A stretch of DNA of 64,000 nt from Azolla caroliniana. Its lineage: Eukaryota; Plantae; Polypodiophyta. The stretch is taken from the NCBI GenBank assembly GCA_043228905.1, contig JBHGNT010000012.1, forward strand, positions 19,220,001 to 19,284,000, given 5' to 3'. The notes below the pieces were generated by a model, which searched no databases, was not told the DNA's origin, and worked only from the letters and a program-made list of their open reading frames with translations. Of the stretch, positions 63,651 to 64,000 are shown in pieces (position 1 is the first letter of the stretch; every line of letters starts with the position of its first letter). Position numbers and translations under genes: made by a program.

Positions 63651-64000
63651 TGTTCAAATACAAACTCCACATTGGGTGCGTAAACGAGTGCGTAATCCAA
63701 TGCGTAGATTGGGTGTGTAAAACTATACGCACAACATGGCCGTAGCGATGTGTAAACCGAGAGACCATTAGAACTTTATTCCTCGTAAGGAATAATTTTG
63801 GGAGTAAGTGTAGGATGCTCATTTATGAGCGGTCAAGTACTGACAGTACTTATGTCAGCCCAATAGTCATGGCTTGTATAAAAGGTGCTCACTGAGCACG
63901 AAGTATGTACAGAGAACATACAAAGAATTATTTTTGAATATAGTTTTTGTTACTGCTCTCTCTCTGTTTCTCCCTCTCCTTCTCTGTGATTTCTGCGTTT

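Larger units (their letters stand above)
24472..64000 (+). mobile_element. Copia-D: decayed copia spanning ~40 kb because of nested insertions (5' LTR 24472-24888; 3' LTR 63651 to beyond the window)
   Basis: PBS TGGTATCAGAGC at 24889. The two LTRs align. PPT at 63642-63650. Coding pieces 24991-26869, 55073-55706 and 61438-~63120 join across the T1 and Copia-I TSDs. Confidence 0.9.

Overview
This is a gene-free eukaryotic (almost certainly plant) heterochromatin block made of nested LTR retrotransposons. I found no host gene or free-standing RNA gene. I resolved 15 insertions from LTR pairs, primer sites, PPTs and 5-bp TSDs; the labels are mine. Ty1/copia: A (<1-3530), B (3531-4235), C (4967-24471, fragmented), D (24472->64000), E (27133-44548), F (29787-40906), H (46115-51560), I (55707-61432) and solo LTR S2 (41040-41845). 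Ty3/gypsy chromoviruses: tRNA-Met-primed G1 (7493-14510) and G2 (16953-24053); Tf1/Tcn1-like T1 (26870-55067) and T2 (34627-40293); a non-coding relative N (6410-15248); and solo LTR S1 (2222-~2580). The deepest nest is six levels: C>D>T1>E>F>T2. Every polyprotein is disrupted. The most interesting signals are non-coding. (1) A ~160-nt covarying multi-stem RNA with a likely pseudoknot lies ~100 nt upstream of gag in G1 and G2, whose LTRs and leaders are otherwise unalignable. (2) T1, T2 and N have no tRNA PBS but carry a co-varying self-priming site. (3) The T1/T2, N and S1 LTRs have an outward-facing tRNA-like A/B-box module at the U3 tip, and T1/T2 also carry a perfect heat-shock element before the TATA box. 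(4) T1/T2 have a -1 frameshift cassette. (5) Copia F and H show a capsid-domain swap. All alignments and folds were done by eye, and clade names are tentative.
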